Counted from the stretch's first letter, positions 1 through 12,147 are shown. The stretch is DNA of 64,000 nt from an uncultured delta proteobacterium (GCA_963729715.1 CAVSPA010000010.1:64001-128000); one strand, 5' to 3'. Numbers and translations are program-made. Notes: generated from the sequence alone by a model not told the origin.

Positions 1-1389
1 TATAAGGTTATCAGCTGGGCGGGCGCAAATTATGAAGATAAGAAGATCGACGCCCTGGCCAATGAGCAGAAGGACAACCTGGTAAAGACTATTGAACTCG
101 TGAAAAGCACCTTGAAGTCGAGCGCTCTCAGTACGGACGAGAAGAAGCTCTTTCAGAAAACTCTCGATGATTTGCTGGAATATCAGAAACCGGCGGATGG
201 TGTAATGAGTGTGGGGAAATCGGATTTGAACGCGGCAACGATGTTCATGGGTACATCGGATGAGAAATATCAGGTACTCAACCAGACATTGGAAGAGCTC
301 CTGGCGCTCGAGAAAAAATTGGCCAGGGGGAAGTATGATTCTTCTGTCAGCAGCTTCAACGCCGTAGTGAAGACATATATAATTATACTTTTGATTGCAG
401 TTATCCTGTCCGTGGTGACCAATATCATAATTACCAGACTCATTACGCAGCCGATCAAGGAGGCGAACGAGGTAATCAAGAAGGTTGCCGATGGTGATCT
501 TACGCAGGAAATCAATGTGGATGCCAAGGACGAGATCGGCGATCTCGCTTCGTCTATCAATACCATGAGGATGAAGATGGGGGAAGCAGTAGGCCAGTCG
601 CTCTCAATTTCTCATGTTCTGTCCGAATCATCTTCCCGGCAGGCAGCTGCGCTGGAAGAGACGTCGGCCTCTCTCGACGAGATGGCTTCCATGACCAGAC
701 AGAATGCAAGCAATACGGCTGAAGCCAATAAGCTGATGTCGGCAGCGAGGCAGGCTATCGAAAAGGCTAATGTTTCTATGGCGGATCTGACCAGATCGAT
801 GAAGGAAATCGCAACTGCCAGCGAACAGACCCAAAAGATCATCAAAAGCATAGATGAAGTTGCCTTCCAGACGAACCTGTTGGCTTTGAATGCGGCGGTG
901 GAAGCCGCCCGGGCCGGAGAGGCCGGAGCAGGTTTTGCGGTGGTTGCCGATGAGGTCAGGAATCTCGCCATGCGGGCGACAGATTCTGCAAAAAATACGG
1001 CCACCCTGATCGAGAATATTGTTAAAAAAGTAAGGGGGGGCGAATCGCTCGTTAATGTTACAAATGAAGTCTTCAGCGAGGTAACGGCAAGCTCAACCAA
1101 GGTTGTCGAGCTGATGGGAGAAATCGCGGCTGCATCTCAGGAACAATCACAGGGGATTGATCAGGTGAACAAGGTTGTGGCTGAGATGAACCAGGTTACA
1201 CAGCAGAATGCTGCCAGTGCCGAAGAATTGTCCGCCACGATGTCGATGTTCAAGGTTGAAGACAATAACAGAAAGAACATAGAGGAGAGTTTATCCCATA
1301 GGAAACCTGTAAAGAAGTTCACTCTTTCACAGGATAGCCAAGGAAGTGCCGAAAAGACTATTCCCTTGAAAGATGAAGACTTCGTATGA
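1..1389 (+). CDS. Methyl-accepting chemotaxis protein (5' end outside the window)
   Basis: Frame is open from base 1; TM helix, HAMP, and MCP hairpin tip [31 protein letters not shown]. Confidence 0.95.
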   Translation, partial: YKVISWAGANYEDKKIDALANEQKDNLVKTIELVKSTLKSSALSTDEKKLFQKTLDDLLEYQKPADGVMSVGKSDLNAATMFMGTSDEKYQVLNQTLEELLALEKKLARGKYDSSVSSFNAVVKTYIIILLIAVILSVVTNIIITRLITQPIKEANEVIKKVADGDLTQEINVDAKDEIGDLASSINTMRMKMGEAVGQSLSISHVLSESSSRQAAALEETSASLDEMASMTRQNASNTAEANKLMSAARQAIEKANVSMADLTRSMKEIATASEQTQKIIKSIDEVAFQTNLLALNAAVEAARAGEAGAGFAVVADEVRNLAMRATDSAKNTATLIENIVKKVRGGESLVNVTNEVFSEVTASSTKVVELMGEIAAASQEQSQGIDQVNKVVAEMNQVTQQNAASAEELSATMSMFKVEDNNRKNIEESLSHRKPVKKFTLSQDSQGSAEKTIPLKDEDFV

Positions 1390-1526
1390 CGTGAGGGAAA
1401 GACGTTTATGTCCGATGGTCTTGCACGTCTGTTGAGTTGTAGAGACGCGGGCCGGGGCAATACGCTTAGTTTCTGGCAATGAAGGTAGACGGTGCGGAAA
1501 ATAGTATTATGAGGAGGTACTGAACT

Positions 1527-2057
1527 ATGCCGGAGGCATCAGGAGTAACAAAAGACGGGGCAGTGTCCCAAACAGCGGACAGAGGGCTCCAAAGGGAAGG
1601 AAAATATCTTACCTTTGGTCTTGGGAGTGAAGAATACGGATTAGAGATACTTAAGGTAAAGGAAATCATTGGTGTCATGAATATTACCTCCGTGCCTCAG
1701 ACACCCAAGTACGTAAAAGGCGTCATTAATTTGAGGGGCAAGGTCATTCCCGTCGTCGATCTGCGCCTGAAGTTTGGCATGGATGCCAAGGAATACAATG
1801 ACAGAACCTGCATTATTGTTGTCGATATCGCAGTCAAGGCAGGCAAGAAGACGGTTATGGGCATCGTTGTGGATTCAGTTTCTGAGGTCCTCAATATTAA
1901 GGGTGAAGAAATAGAAGATACACCGACGTTTGGCGTGACACTGGGGACAGATTATATATTGGGAATGGCTAAGGTAAAAGGAGGAGTTAAGATCCTTCTC
2001 GATATCAACAAGGTATTGACGACAGATGCCGTCATGGCCGAATCGATGGTGCATTGA
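1527..2057 (+). CDS. cheW: Chemotaxis coupling protein CheW
   Basis: YLTFGLGSEEYGL...GVINLRGKVIPVVDLR; RBS GAGGAGG. Confidence 0.95.
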   Translation: MPEASGVTKDGAVSQTADRGLQREGKYLTFGLGSEEYGLEILKVKEIIGVMNITSVPQTPKYVKGVINLRGKVIPVVDLRLKFGMDAKEYNDRTCIIVVDIAVKAGKKTVMGIVVDSVSEVLNIKGEEIEDTPTFGVTLGTDYILGMAKVKGGVKILLDINKVLTTDAVMAESMVH

Positions 2058-2125
2058 GACATCAGATAATTCCGACGTCCGCAACAAACTGTGACGATCG
2101 CAGCAATGATGAAGTGTGTAAGCGT

Positions 2126-2956
2126 ATGGCGTCCATTGAACTGAAAGATATTGATTTTGAGAAAATAAGCCGTTTTGTTTACGATCTCTGCGGCATCCAT
2201 TTACATGAAGGTAAGAAAGAGCTTGTTAAAGCGCGTCTGGGTAAGCGCCTGAGAGAGGGGAGATTTAAGTCCTTCTCAGAATATTATCGTTACGTCACCA
2301 CTCAGCAGGGTGCAGATGAATTGATCTGTATGATCGATTCGCTCTCCACAAATTTGACCAGCTTTTTCAGGGAGGTTGAACATTTTCAACTGCTCCGAAA
2401 GATCATGCCGGAGATGGCAAAAATGCCGAGGAAGGGTCGTATCCCGAAGCTGAGGATATGGAGCGCCGGGTGTTCGACGGGTGAAGAGCCTTATACAATT
2501 GCTATGACATTGAAAGAATTATTCAACAATGGGCAAGCTGATATCAAAATAATGGCGTCAGATATTTCTACAAGAGTACTTAATGCTGCCGTAAAAGGCA
2601 TATACCCTGAGGAAAAGGTCAAGGGCATTTCTCCCGATCTCTTAAAAAAATATTTTCAGGTTGGTCAGGGCGACTGGAGGGGACACTACAGGGTCAAGAA
2701 AGAAATTTACGAAATAATTGATTTTGTGCGGTTCAACCTTATGGATGCGCTCGCCTGCAATGATCCCTTTGACGTCATATTCTGCCGAAATGTCATGATA
2801 TATTTCGATAAACCGACGCAGGGCAGAATGGTACGTAAATTCTATAGATACTTGAAAGAGGGCGGGTATTTGTTTGTCGGACGTTCTGAAAGTTTGACAG
2901 GGCTGAATCATCAATTCAAATATATAGAACCAAGCGTATATCAGAAACAATTATGA
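2126..2956 (+). CDS. cheR: Chemotaxis methyltransferase CheR
   Basis: TNLTSFFRE, RIWSAGCSTGEEPY, FCRNVMIYF; start placed at ATG 2126. Confidence 0.95.
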   Translation: MASIELKDIDFEKISRFVYDLCGIHLHEGKKELVKARLGKRLREGRFKSFSEYYRYVTTQQGADELICMIDSLSTNLTSFFREVEHFQLLRKIMPEMAKMPRKGRIPKLRIWSAGCSTGEEPYTIAMTLKELFNNGQADIKIMASDISTRVLNAAVKGIYPEEKVKGISPDLLKKYFQVGQGDWRGHYRVKKEIYEIIDFVRFNLMDALACNDPFDVIFCRNVMIYFDKPTQGRMVRKFYRYLKEGGYLFVGRSESLTGLNHQFKYIEPSVYQKQL

Positions 2957-3438
2957 GCGAGATTGTCATCGGCATTTCAGACTTTAAGGTTAGCAATAAT
3001 ATAAGCGATGTGTTGGTTACCTATGCGCTCGGATCATGTGTCGGCGTCACCATCTATGATCCCGTAGTTAAAGTGGGAGGACTCCTGCATTTTATGCTGC
3101 CGGAATCGTCACTGGATATGAGAAAAGCGGGCGAAAATCCAGCCATGTTTGCGGATACAGGCATCCCCGTTTTGTTTAAGACTTGTTATGAACTTGGCGC
3201 AAAAAAAAAGCGAATGATCGTGAAAGTTGCTGGCGGGGCGAGCATTCTGGATGACGCAAATTTTTTCCGGATAGGCCAGAAAAACGTAACCGCCATGAAG
3301 AAACTATTCTGGAAGAACAACGTTTTTATCGAAGGAGAGGACACCGGAAGTAACTGCAACCGAACTTTTTCCATACATATCTCAACGGGTAAAGTCTTCG
3401 TGAGGACTGCCCATAACGGGACCAGGGAGTTGGTATGA
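2953..3438 (+). CDS. cheD: Chemoreceptor glutamine deamidase CheD
   Basis: TYALGSCVGV...GGLLHFMLP, KVAGGA. Confidence 0.93.
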   Translation: MSEIVIGISDFKVSNNISDVLVTYALGSCVGVTIYDPVVKVGGLLHFMLPESSLDMRKAGENPAMFADTGIPVLFKTCYELGAKKKRMIVKVAGGASILDDANFFRIGQKNVTAMKKLFWKNNVFIEGEDTGSNCNRTFSIHISTGKVFVRTAHNGTRELV

Positions 3439-4280
3439 TCTCAGATAAAATCCTAAAATCCATCAAGAACATTCCCGCCTTTCCTGCGGTCGCAATGAAG
3501 GTGATGGCTTTGATTGATGATCCCAACTACTCCATAATGGATGTGGCAGATGTGGTCAAATATGATCAGGCGATCACGGCCAATATACTGAGGATATGCA
3601 ATTCTGCATACTTTGGTCTCAACTACAAAGTCGTGACAATAAATGATGCAGTAATGCGCCTCGGTCAGCAAAATATCGTCCGTGCGGTCCAGGCTGCCGG
3701 AGTATCGACATTTTATAGAAAGGCTAAGGGGTATGGTCTGGAGGCTAATAAGCTCTGGGAGCACTCGGTGGGAGTGGCCCTCATGACCCAGATATTATCC
3801 AAGAGGATTTTTAAATGCGAGGATGCCAAACTTTACACTACGGCGCTTCTCCACGACATCGGCAAGGTTATCATGGGTGAATTCGTCGATGAGTCATTTC
3901 CGCAAATTCATGACCTTGTCTCAAAGGAGGGGATTTCTTTTCTTGACGCGGAAGAAAAGATCATCGGCATTAACCATGCAGAGCTGGGCGGCAGGATAGC
4001 CTCCCAGTGGAACTTTCCTAAGGATATGACAGATGCGATTATATACCACCACAGACCAGATTTGATGCAGGATGAAGACAACAGCGGAGCCTGGCTTGTC
4101 TATCTCGCCGATCAAGCCTGCATTATGATGGGTATCGGGTTGGGGAGCGACGGTCTGGCATACAAAGGATTGTCTGAGGTAATTATCAAATTCAAACTTC
4201 GCCAGAAGGATTTTGAAGAATGCATCATGTTGATGCTCGAGGATCTCGACCGTGCCAGAGAAGTGATCGGTATGGTCTAA
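3435..4280 (+). CDS. HDOD domain signalling protein
   Basis: IPAFP...DQAITANILRICNSAYFG, LWEHS, ALLHDIGK, NHAELG. Confidence 0.9.
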   Translation: MISDKILKSIKNIPAFPAVAMKVMALIDDPNYSIMDVADVVKYDQAITANILRICNSAYFGLNYKVVTINDAVMRLGQQNIVRAVQAAGVSTFYRKAKGYGLEANKLWEHSVGVALMTQILSKRIFKCEDAKLYTTALLHDIGKVIMGEFVDESFPQIHDLVSKEGISFLDAEEKIIGINHAELGGRIASQWNFPKDMTDAIIYHHRPDLMQDEDNSGAWLVYLADQACIMMGIGLGSDGLAYKGLSEVIIKFKLRQKDFEECIMLMLEDLDRAREVIGMV

Positions 4281-4328
4281 ACATGATGATATCATCAAGA
4301 AGTCAGAAAGGAATGATGAGGTGCCGCG

Positions 4329-4760
4329 ATGTCTTTTAATGTCCTGATCGTTGATGATTCTAAATCGGTGCGTTCCGTTGTCAAAAAGATCATTACGATT
4401 TCAGGTTTCCGGATGGATCAATGCTATGAAGCCGCAAACGGAAAACAGGCCTTGGAAATCTTGTCGAAGGAGTGGGTGGATATCATTCTATCAGACTTGA
4501 ATATGCCGGAGATGAACGGGTTGGAGATGCTGGCTGTCATAAAGGAGGACATCCATCTGCAAAAGATACCTGTGATCATTATTTCAACGGAGGGCAGCGA
4601 TGAGAAAAGGAATGCTGTCTTAGGAATGGGTGCGAAACAGTTCATCAAGAAGCCCTTCTCACCCGAATGCGTGAGAAAAGTTCTTTACGAAGTCATAGGC
4701 ATGGAGGATGGGGAAACGCATGAAAGAAATGAAAGAGATAATGATGGCAGCGATTTTTGA
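4329..4760 (+). CDS. CheY-like single-domain response regulator
   Basis: VLIVDDS, SDLNMPEMNG, FIKKPF receiver motifs. Confidence 0.9.
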   Translation: MSFNVLIVDDSKSVRSVVKKIITISGFRMDQCYEAANGKQALEILSKEWVDIILSDLNMPEMNGLEMLAVIKEDIHLQKIPVIIISTEGSDEKRNAVLGMGAKQFIKKPFSPECVRKVLYEVIGMEDGETHERNERDNDGSDF

Positions 4761-5154
4761 TGTCGTCGAACAGATGTTTTATGTTTTTCTCGAGCCTGTA
4801 GGCGATGAATATTCAGACTATGCCATGGAAGCAGCCATACAGTTTAAAGGTGACTTGAAGGGTGAAATGAGCATCTTGGTCTCTGACGGATTAGCTAAAA
4901 GTATGGTTCACAATCTGTTAGGACTGGAAACAGGGCAAATGACTAAAGAGGACATAGAGGATTGTGTAAAAGAAGTGGTAAACATGATCTGCGGAAACTT
5001 CTTAGGGAGACTCGACCAGACAAGAATGTTTGATCTGTCCATGCCGTCATTTTCACAGCCCCCAAGAAAGGCAGTTGCGGGCAGTGATTCCTGCAGGCTG
5101 TATTTTGACTCTGACGGTGAGAGTTTCGGCGCCGTACTCAGACTGACGAATTAG
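4708..5154 (+). CDS. CheX-like phosphatase family protein
   Basis: EDCVKEVVNMICGN (ExxN motif); operon context; start uncertain (4708 or 4720). Confidence 0.75.
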   Translation: MGKRMKEMKEIMMAAIFDVVEQMFYVFLEPVGDEYSDYAMEAAIQFKGDLKGEMSILVSDGLAKSMVHNLLGLETGQMTKEDIEDCVKEVVNMICGNFLGRLDQTRMFDLSMPSFSQPPRKAVAGSDSCRLYFDSDGESFGAVLRLTN

Positions 5155-5209
5155 CCGGAAGCGGGGTTCATACGCAGGCAAGACGATAGAATCTGGGCAT
5201 TGCTGCTAA

Positions 5210-6268
<1,059 letters not shown>

Positions 6269-6270
6269 AG

Positions 6271-8505
6271 ATGTCGCGTGATCAGCTGATGAACTTAATT
6301 GACAACATAGCTTCGGACTTTCTCTTTCTGGAAGATAAAGATGTGGATATTCCCACGGCTGGGAGGTTTCTCAATCAGCTTGATGCAATTATCAGAGGTG
6401 CAGATGCTCTGAACATAGAACATCTGTCTTGCGTAGCCAGAGGCTTAAGCCGTCTCTTGGAGAAGAAGGTGCTGAATGAGGTCAAAGATACTGAAGCCGC
6501 TTTTGCCACCTTTGAAAAAGGGATAACCATCATGCAGGAGATTGATCGGAACTTTAGCAAAGGCGGTGACAATGAGTCTGACATCGGCAGTTTTGTGGAA
6601 TCTGTAAGCGGCCTGACAGGCGCCGCACCGGCGATTGAATTGAAAGGAGGCACTGTCGAAAAATATGCGGAGCCCGATAATGAATTGGATGTTGGTTCGG
6701 AAAAGAAGGTCGAGGTACAGGATGAATCGTTATTAAGGGACTTTATAATTGAGGGGCTTGAATATATAAACGAGATCGAAGTGAATATATTGAATCTGGA
6801 ACAAGATCCAGGGAATAAAGATTGTGTAAATTCCATTTTCAGACCATTTCATTCCATCAAGGGTGTGGCAAGTTTTCTCAACCTGGAAAACATAAGGGTT
6901 CTTGCCCATGACCTGGAGAGTCTTCTCGACAAGGTGAGAAACAATGAAGTTTCCGTGACATCCCAGGTTATTGATATCATTCTCGATGGTGCTGATGCCC
7001 TAAAGGCAATGATCGGACAGGTGAGAGACCGCATGGAGGGCAGGGCAGCGGCAGCCCTTGAGGTTGACTTGCCGGCTCTGGAGCAGCGCATACGATTTGC
7101 GCAACAAGGGAAATACGAACAGTCGGAACCAAAGAAAATCGGTGCAATACTCGTAGAAGACGGTCTGATCTCTGAAGATGCCTTGGAAGAATCACTTGAG
7201 CTCACTAAGAAAGCACCTGATATTAAAATCGGTGAAGCGCTGATCGCTGAAGGGAAGGTGACCCCCAAACAGGTATCCCAGGCGCTGAGAAAACAAATGA
7301 GCCAGGTCGTTGATGTGACGTCGATAAGAGTGGATACAAGGAAACTGGATGACCTGATAGACATGGTCGGTGAGCTGGTCATTACCCAGTCGATGATACG
7401 TCAGAGTCCCATCGTTCAGGCCAATATGGACAGAAAATTTTTTAGAGATATTTCCCAGCTATGCAGTATCACATCGGAGCTGCAAAGGACTTCCACGAGT
7501 TTGAGGATGATCCCCATAAAGCAGACTTTTCAGAGGATGTCCCGCTTGGTCCGAGATCTTTCGAGGTCTGCCGGAAAATCGGTGAATGTGATCACAGAGG
7601 GAGAGGATACGGAAATAGACAGGAATATGGTGGAAGAGATTTATAACCCTCTCGTCCACTTGATCAGAAACGCTGTGGACCACGGCATTGAGGCTCCGGA
7701 GAAGCGGACAAAGGCGGGAAAAGGAGAGACAGGAACAATCCAGTTGAAGGCTTACCATAAAGGCGGCAACATCGTAATTGAGATATCGGATGACGGGAAG
7801 GGGTTAGATAAAGAAAAAATACTAAATAAAGCAATTAATAACGGCACTATCGGTTCAGCTGCGGGCCTGTCTGATCAGGATATATATCGATTTATCCTGC
7901 TTCCCGGGTTGTCAACGGCTGAGAAGATAACGGACGTATCCGGTCGGGGCGTTGGCATGGATGTGGTTAAGCAGGCAGTGGACAAATTGAGAGGCAAAAT
8001 AGAGATCAACAGCCGTTACGGTTTTGGAACCACATTTGTGACGAGCTTTCCCCTGACGATGGCCATTATCGACGGCATGATCGTGAGGATCGGTCGCGAA
8101 AAATACATTGTGCCGACTACCGCAATCAGAAGATTGCTCCGTCCCAATAAAGAATATTACAACACCGTCATCGGTCGAGGCGAGGTCATAAACGTTATGG
8201 GCAAGCTCCTGCCTCTCGTGCGGCTGCACGATTTATTCGACATAGAACCCGATTGCCGGAATCCGTGGGAAGCAACGATCGTCGTCGTTGATGGCGAAAA
8301 CGGATCGAAATGTCTGCTGGTAGATGAGATCGTGGGTCAAGAGGAAGTTGTCATTAAAGGTCTAAGTGAAAGCTTGAGGCATGTAAAAGGGGTGTCGGGC
8401 GGCGCAATATTGGGAGACGGGAACATAGGACTGATCCTGGATCCGGAAGGTTTATTTGAACTGAGCGAATTGCAGGGCCTTGGAGGTAATGGAAAGAAGA
8501 ATTGA
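6271..8505 (+). CDS. cheA: Chemotaxis histidine kinase CheA
   Basis: Hpt FRPFHSIKG, dimerisation LIDMVGELVI, HLIRNAVDHGIE, SGRGVGMDVV, C-terminal CheW domain. Confidence 0.96.
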   Translation: MSRDQLMNLIDNIASDFLFLEDKDVDIPTAGRFLNQLDAIIRGADALNIEHLSCVARGLSRLLEKKVLNEVKDTEAAFATFEKGITIMQEIDRNFSKGGDNESDIGSFVESVSGLTGAAPAIELKGGTVEKYAEPDNELDVGSEKKVEVQDESLLRDFIIEGLEYINEIEVNILNLEQDPGNKDCVNSIFRPFHSIKGVASFLNLENIRVLAHDLESLLDKVRNNEVSVTSQVIDIILDGADALKAMIGQVRDRMEGRAAAALEVDLPALEQRIRFAQQGKYEQSEPKKIGAILVEDGLISEDALEESLELTKKAPDIKIGEALIAEGKVTPKQVSQALRKQMSQVVDVTSIRVDTRKLDDLIDMVGELVITQSMIRQSPIVQANMDRKFFRDISQLCSITSELQRTSTSLRMIPIKQTFQRMSRLVRDLSRSAGKSVNVITEGEDTEIDRNMVEEIYNPLVHLIRNAVDHGIEAPEKRTKAGKGETGTIQLKAYHKGGNIVIEISDDGKGLDKEKILNKAINNGTIGSAAGLSDQDIYRFILLPGLSTAEKITDVSGRGVGMDVVKQAVDKLRGKIEINSRYGFGTTFVTSFPLTMAIIDGMIVRIGREKYIVPTTAIRRLLRPNKEYYNTVIGRGEVINVMGKLLPLVRLHDLFDIEPDCRNPWEATIVVVDGENGSKCLLVDEIVGQEEVVIKGLSESLRHVKGVSGGAILGDGNIGLILDPEGLFELSELQGLGGNGKKN

Positions 8506-8526
8506 TCTTAAGCGGGAGGATGCATT

Positions 8527-8916
8527 ATGGATGTCAACAAAAAGATAAAGATCCTGGTTGTCGATGACTTTGCGACAATGAGAAAGGTCATAAGGAACCT
8601 TTTGAAACAGTCCGGCTATGAAAATGTGACCGAGGCTGAAGATGGCGTGGCCGCCATGAGCGTGCTGAAATCGACAAAAATTGATTTTGTAATATCAGAC
8701 TGGAATATGCCCAACATGACAGGCATTGAACTTCTAAGGGCCGTGAGGTCAGATAACGAGCTTGGCGCCATGCCTTTTCTCATGGTGACTGCGGAGTCTC
8801 TTAAAGACAATGTCGTTGAAGCAGTCAAAGCTGGGGTCAGCAATTATATTGTGAAACCGTTTACCGCTGAAGTTCTCGGTGAGAAGATTGACAAAATATT
8901 GGAGAATATAAAGTAG
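8527..8916 (+). CDS. cheY: Chemotaxis response regulator CheY
   Basis: ILVVDDFATMRKV, SDWNMPNMTG, MVTAE, YIVKPF. Confidence 0.95.
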   Translation: MDVNKKIKILVVDDFATMRKVIRNLLKQSGYENVTEAEDGVAAMSVLKSTKIDFVISDWNMPNMTGIELLRAVRSDNELGAMPFLMVTAESLKDNVVEAVKAGVSNYIVKPFTAEVLGEKIDKILENIK

Positions 8917-8934
8917 ATTTGAAAGGCAATAATT

Positions 8935-9402
8935 ATGGACGTTAAATATATTAATCCCTTTCTGGAGGGTACCATTGAGGTCTTAAAGACAATGGCCTTT
9001 GTAAATCCGAGGCCCGGTAAGCCATATCTCAAGAAGAACAATTTAGCCAAAGGCGACGTCAGCGGGATTATCGGTATCACGGGAACGATAAAGGGATCGC
9101 TTGCCCTAAGTTTCTCTACAGGCAGCATACTGAAAATAGTTTCGAACATGCTCGGTGAGGAGATAACCTCCCTCAATGGTGAAATCAGAGATGCCGTTGG
9201 CGAGATAACCAATATGGTATCCGGTGCGGCAAGGAAAAAAATTGAAGCCATGGGTTACAGTCTATCTGCCTCGCTTCCCACTGTCGTTTCCGGGAGGGAC
9301 CACTCGATCATGCACGTCCTCGGCGGCCCCAGTATTGTAATACCTTTTGAAATGGATGAGGGGTCCTTCGTGGTGGATATCAGTATGGGTGATCCCCGGT
9401 GA
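8935..9402 (+). CDS. cheX: CheY-P phosphatase CheX
   Basis: YINPFL, DVSGIIGITG, DAVGEITNMVSG. Confidence 0.92.
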   Translation: MDVKYINPFLEGTIEVLKTMAFVNPRPGKPYLKKNNLAKGDVSGIIGITGTIKGSLALSFSTGSILKIVSNMLGEEITSLNGEIRDAVGEITNMVSGAARKKIEAMGYSLSASLPTVVSGRDHSIMHVLGGPSIVIPFEMDEGSFVVDISMGDPR

Positions 9403-9484
9403 GTCCGTGTTTTTCGGTCAGGTGTGATGAGCATTGTTGTGACTTAACGACTAATCTGGTTCTTTCATTATAGAGAGATTAGCA

Positions 9485-10009
9485 ATGGATTATAAAGGTG
9501 ACAAAAGAGAATACGCGAGAGTGGCTGCATATCTGCCCCTCGACATCCGTCTTGTTCCCACGGAAGAGCGTGATATTCATAAGCCTCGAATTTCCGGGGT
9601 AGCGGTGCTGGACAATTTTACCAAACCGCCTGAACTCGATGACAAGCCTCTGGCTCAGTGGCTCAACATGTTGAACGCTAAGCTTGACTCCATCATCAGC
9701 TCCCTGGCGGTTGAACGTGAGGGGTTTGGATCTCTGACCTTCAAGTCAATGAATATCAGCGCCGCCGGGATGGGCTTCAAGTCTAAGGAGAAGTACGATA
9801 AGGGGGCTTTCTTGGAATTGAAAATTTTGCTTTATATGTATCCCCACGTAGCTCTTTACTTGTACGGAGACGTGGTCACGTCGGAACGAGAAGGCGATGA
9901 CTTTAATACGGCCGTGAAATTTACGGGCATGAGTGATGACATAAGAGATGAGATTATAAAATTTGTTTTTAGACGGCAGAGAGAAATCCTCAGTGCGAAA
10001 AGGGCATAG
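9485..10009 (+). CDS. PilZ domain protein
   Basis: KREYAR (RxxxR) and NISAAG (D/NxSxxG) motifs. Confidence 0.8.
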   Translation: MDYKGDKREYARVAAYLPLDIRLVPTEERDIHKPRISGVAVLDNFTKPPELDDKPLAQWLNMLNAKLDSIISSLAVEREGFGSLTFKSMNISAAGMGFKSKEKYDKGAFLELKILLYMYPHVALYLYGDVVTSEREGDDFNTAVKFTGMSDDIRDEIIKFVFRRQREILSAKRA

Positions 10010-10021
10010 CCTTAGGAAAAT

Positions 10022-10882
10022 ATGATAGCCATAATAGGATTCATTGTTGTTAGCGGAGCCATTGCCGGCGGTTACCTTATGGAACACGGCAACCTATATG
10101 TCCTGTTCCAGCCTGCCGAAGTCCTTATCATCTTTGGTGCAGCCTTTGGTGCATTTCTGGTAGCATCACCTATGAAGGTAATTAAATCAACATCGGGCAG
10201 CGTTTTGAAGATATTCAATAACAAGCCTTTCGTAAAAGCCGATTATCTTGAAGTTCTGATGCTGTTAAGCGAGATTTTCTACAAGATCAGAAAACAGGGG
10301 CTTGTGTCAATTGAAGGCGATGTCGATGCGCCGCAGGAAAGTGCAATTTTCAGGAATTATCCGAAAGTCCTTAAGAACCATCATGCCATAACATTTATTA
10401 CAGATACTCTGAGAATGGTCATCACGACAACGATCGAGCCTTACGAGCTTGAATCGCTGATGGAAACGGAATTGGAAGAACATCATGAAGATTCAATGAT
10501 ACCTTCAAAGAGTATGGCAAACACTGCGGACGCCCTCCCCGGTTTGGGTATTGTGGCCGCCGTATTGGGAGTGGTCTTAACCATGGGGAAGATAGGTGAG
10601 CCGCCAGAGGTTCTGGGTCACAGCATCGGAGCGGCGCTGGTAGGCACATTCCTGGGCGTCCTGATGTGCTATGGTTTCGTGGGACCCATGTCAAAGAACC
10701 TCGAATACATTGCCCAGGAGGAATTTCAGTATCTTAACGTTCTGAAAATCGCCCTCAAGTCCTTTGTCAGCAATAACGCGGCACCCATGGTAGCCATCGA
10801 ATTCGGCAGAAGGGCAATTCCGGCGAAGCAGAGGCCCGACTTCGTAGAGGTTGAGGAAGCAGTCAGGCAGGTCAGGAAATAA
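10022..10882 (+). CDS. motA: Flagellar stator MotA
   Basis: QPAEVLIIFGAA, DALPGLGIVAAVLG, ALVGTFLG, AIEFGRR. Confidence 0.95.
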   Translation: MIAIIGFIVVSGAIAGGYLMEHGNLYVLFQPAEVLIIFGAAFGAFLVASPMKVIKSTSGSVLKIFNNKPFVKADYLEVLMLLSEIFYKIRKQGLVSIEGDVDAPQESAIFRNYPKVLKNHHAITFITDTLRMVITTTIEPYELESLMETELEEHHEDSMIPSKSMANTADALPGLGIVAAVLGVVLTMGKIGEPPEVLGHSIGAALVGTFLGVLMCYGFVGPMSKNLEYIAQEEFQYLNVLKIALKSFVSNNAAPMVAIEFGRRAIPAKQRPDFVEVEEAVRQVRK

Positions 10883-11670
10883 TGGCGGAAAGATTAAGAC
10901 CCATAATCGTCATTAAGAAGATTAAAAAACATGAGGGACATCACGGAGGACAGTGGAAGGTCGCCTACGCGGACTTTATTACGGCCCTGATGGCTTTTTT
11001 TCTGTTGCTGTGGCTGCTAGCCATGGTTTCTCCCGAAAAGAGAGTCGCATTATCGCAGTATTTCAAAGAATTCACCGTCTTCAAGGAACAGGGTGAGAAA
11101 GTTACAAAAGGGGGGATTGGCATTCTCGAATTCAAGGGTGGCGGTCGAACTGCCGGTAACGCAACGGGAAAAATGGAAGTTATGTCTCCTGAAAAATTGA
11201 AGACAAAAATCAAGGCCGCTGTTGAGGCAAACTTAAAGACACTGAAGGATCAGGTTCTTGTTGACGTGCATGAGGGAGCTGTCAGGATACAGATTGTTGA
11301 CAACGAAGGGAGCCAAATGTTTCTTCTGGGTAGCGCAAAGCCCACTGACAAAGCTCTGGAAGTACTATCTCTCGTATCCGAGACGATAAAGCAGACACCG
11401 AACAAAATTGTTGTTGAAGGACACACTGATGCCTTGCCTTACAAGGGCGGCGAAACGACCAACTGGGAACTCTCTACCGCCAGGGCGTCAGCTGCGAGAC
11501 GGGTTCTTGAAAACGATGGCATAACAGCAGACAGGATCGCCAAAGTTGTAGGGTTTGCGGATAATGACCTACTGATCAAGCTTTATCCCAATGATCCTCG
11601 AAACAGAAGGATAAGCGTCATCCTTCTGCCTATTCAGTATAATAATGTCTCGGAATCATTTAATCGCTGA
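10882..11670 (+). CDS. motB: Flagellar stator MotB
   Basis: WKVAYADFITALMAFF, EGHTD, NWELSTARA, RNRR. Confidence 0.95.
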   Translation: MAERLRPIIVIKKIKKHEGHHGGQWKVAYADFITALMAFFLLLWLLAMVSPEKRVALSQYFKEFTVFKEQGEKVTKGGIGILEFKGGGRTAGNATGKMEVMSPEKLKTKIKAAVEANLKTLKDQVLVDVHEGAVRIQIVDNEGSQMFLLGSAKPTDKALEVLSLVSETIKQTPNKIVVEGHTDALPYKGGETTNWELSTARASAARRVLENDGITADRIAKVVGFADNDLLIKLYPNDPRNRRISVILLPIQYNNVSESFNR

Positions 11671-11722
11671 AGGCGGAACCAAGTTGCACAACTGCCGACT
11701 GGCAGTGCGTTCTTAAGAAGAT

Positions 11723-12112
11723 TTAACCATGTCTTCTCCGCCAGCGATTAAGCCTTTCAAACGCCCCGTCAACGGCCTTCAACAGCATTTCGGTCTGCAC
11801 CGGCTTTGTGAAAAAGTCGTCGAAGCCCGCCTCCCGGCATTCCTCAATATCATATAATGCAGCCCAACCGGTCATCGCGAAGATGATAGCAATGGGGTTG
11901 TCTTTTCTGATCTGTTTGCAAAGTTCTATGCCGTTCATGCCGAATAATTTGAGATCAAGAAATATTACCTCGATGTCTTCTTCTTTCAAAATTTCAAAGG
12001 CCGTCTCGGCCCCTTCTGCGAGTCGCACGTCATAGCCTTCGATGCCGAAAGCATCTTCAAGCAGATCGCGAACTGCCATTTCATCATCAACTACCAGAAT
12101 TTTCTTCGCCAT
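11723..12112 (-). CDS. Single-domain response regulator
   Basis: ILVVDDE, FLDLKL, MTG, FTKP. Confidence 0.9.
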   Translation of the reverse strand: MAKKILVVDDEMAVRDLLEDAFGIEGYDVRLAEGAETAFEILKEEDIEVIFLDLKLFGMNGIELCKQIRKDNPIAIIFAMTGWAALYDIEECREAGFDDFFTKPVQTEMLLKAVDGAFERLNRWRRRHG

Positions 12113-12147
12113 GAAACCGCTTCCCATCCCTCAATGCGCGGAGGTTG

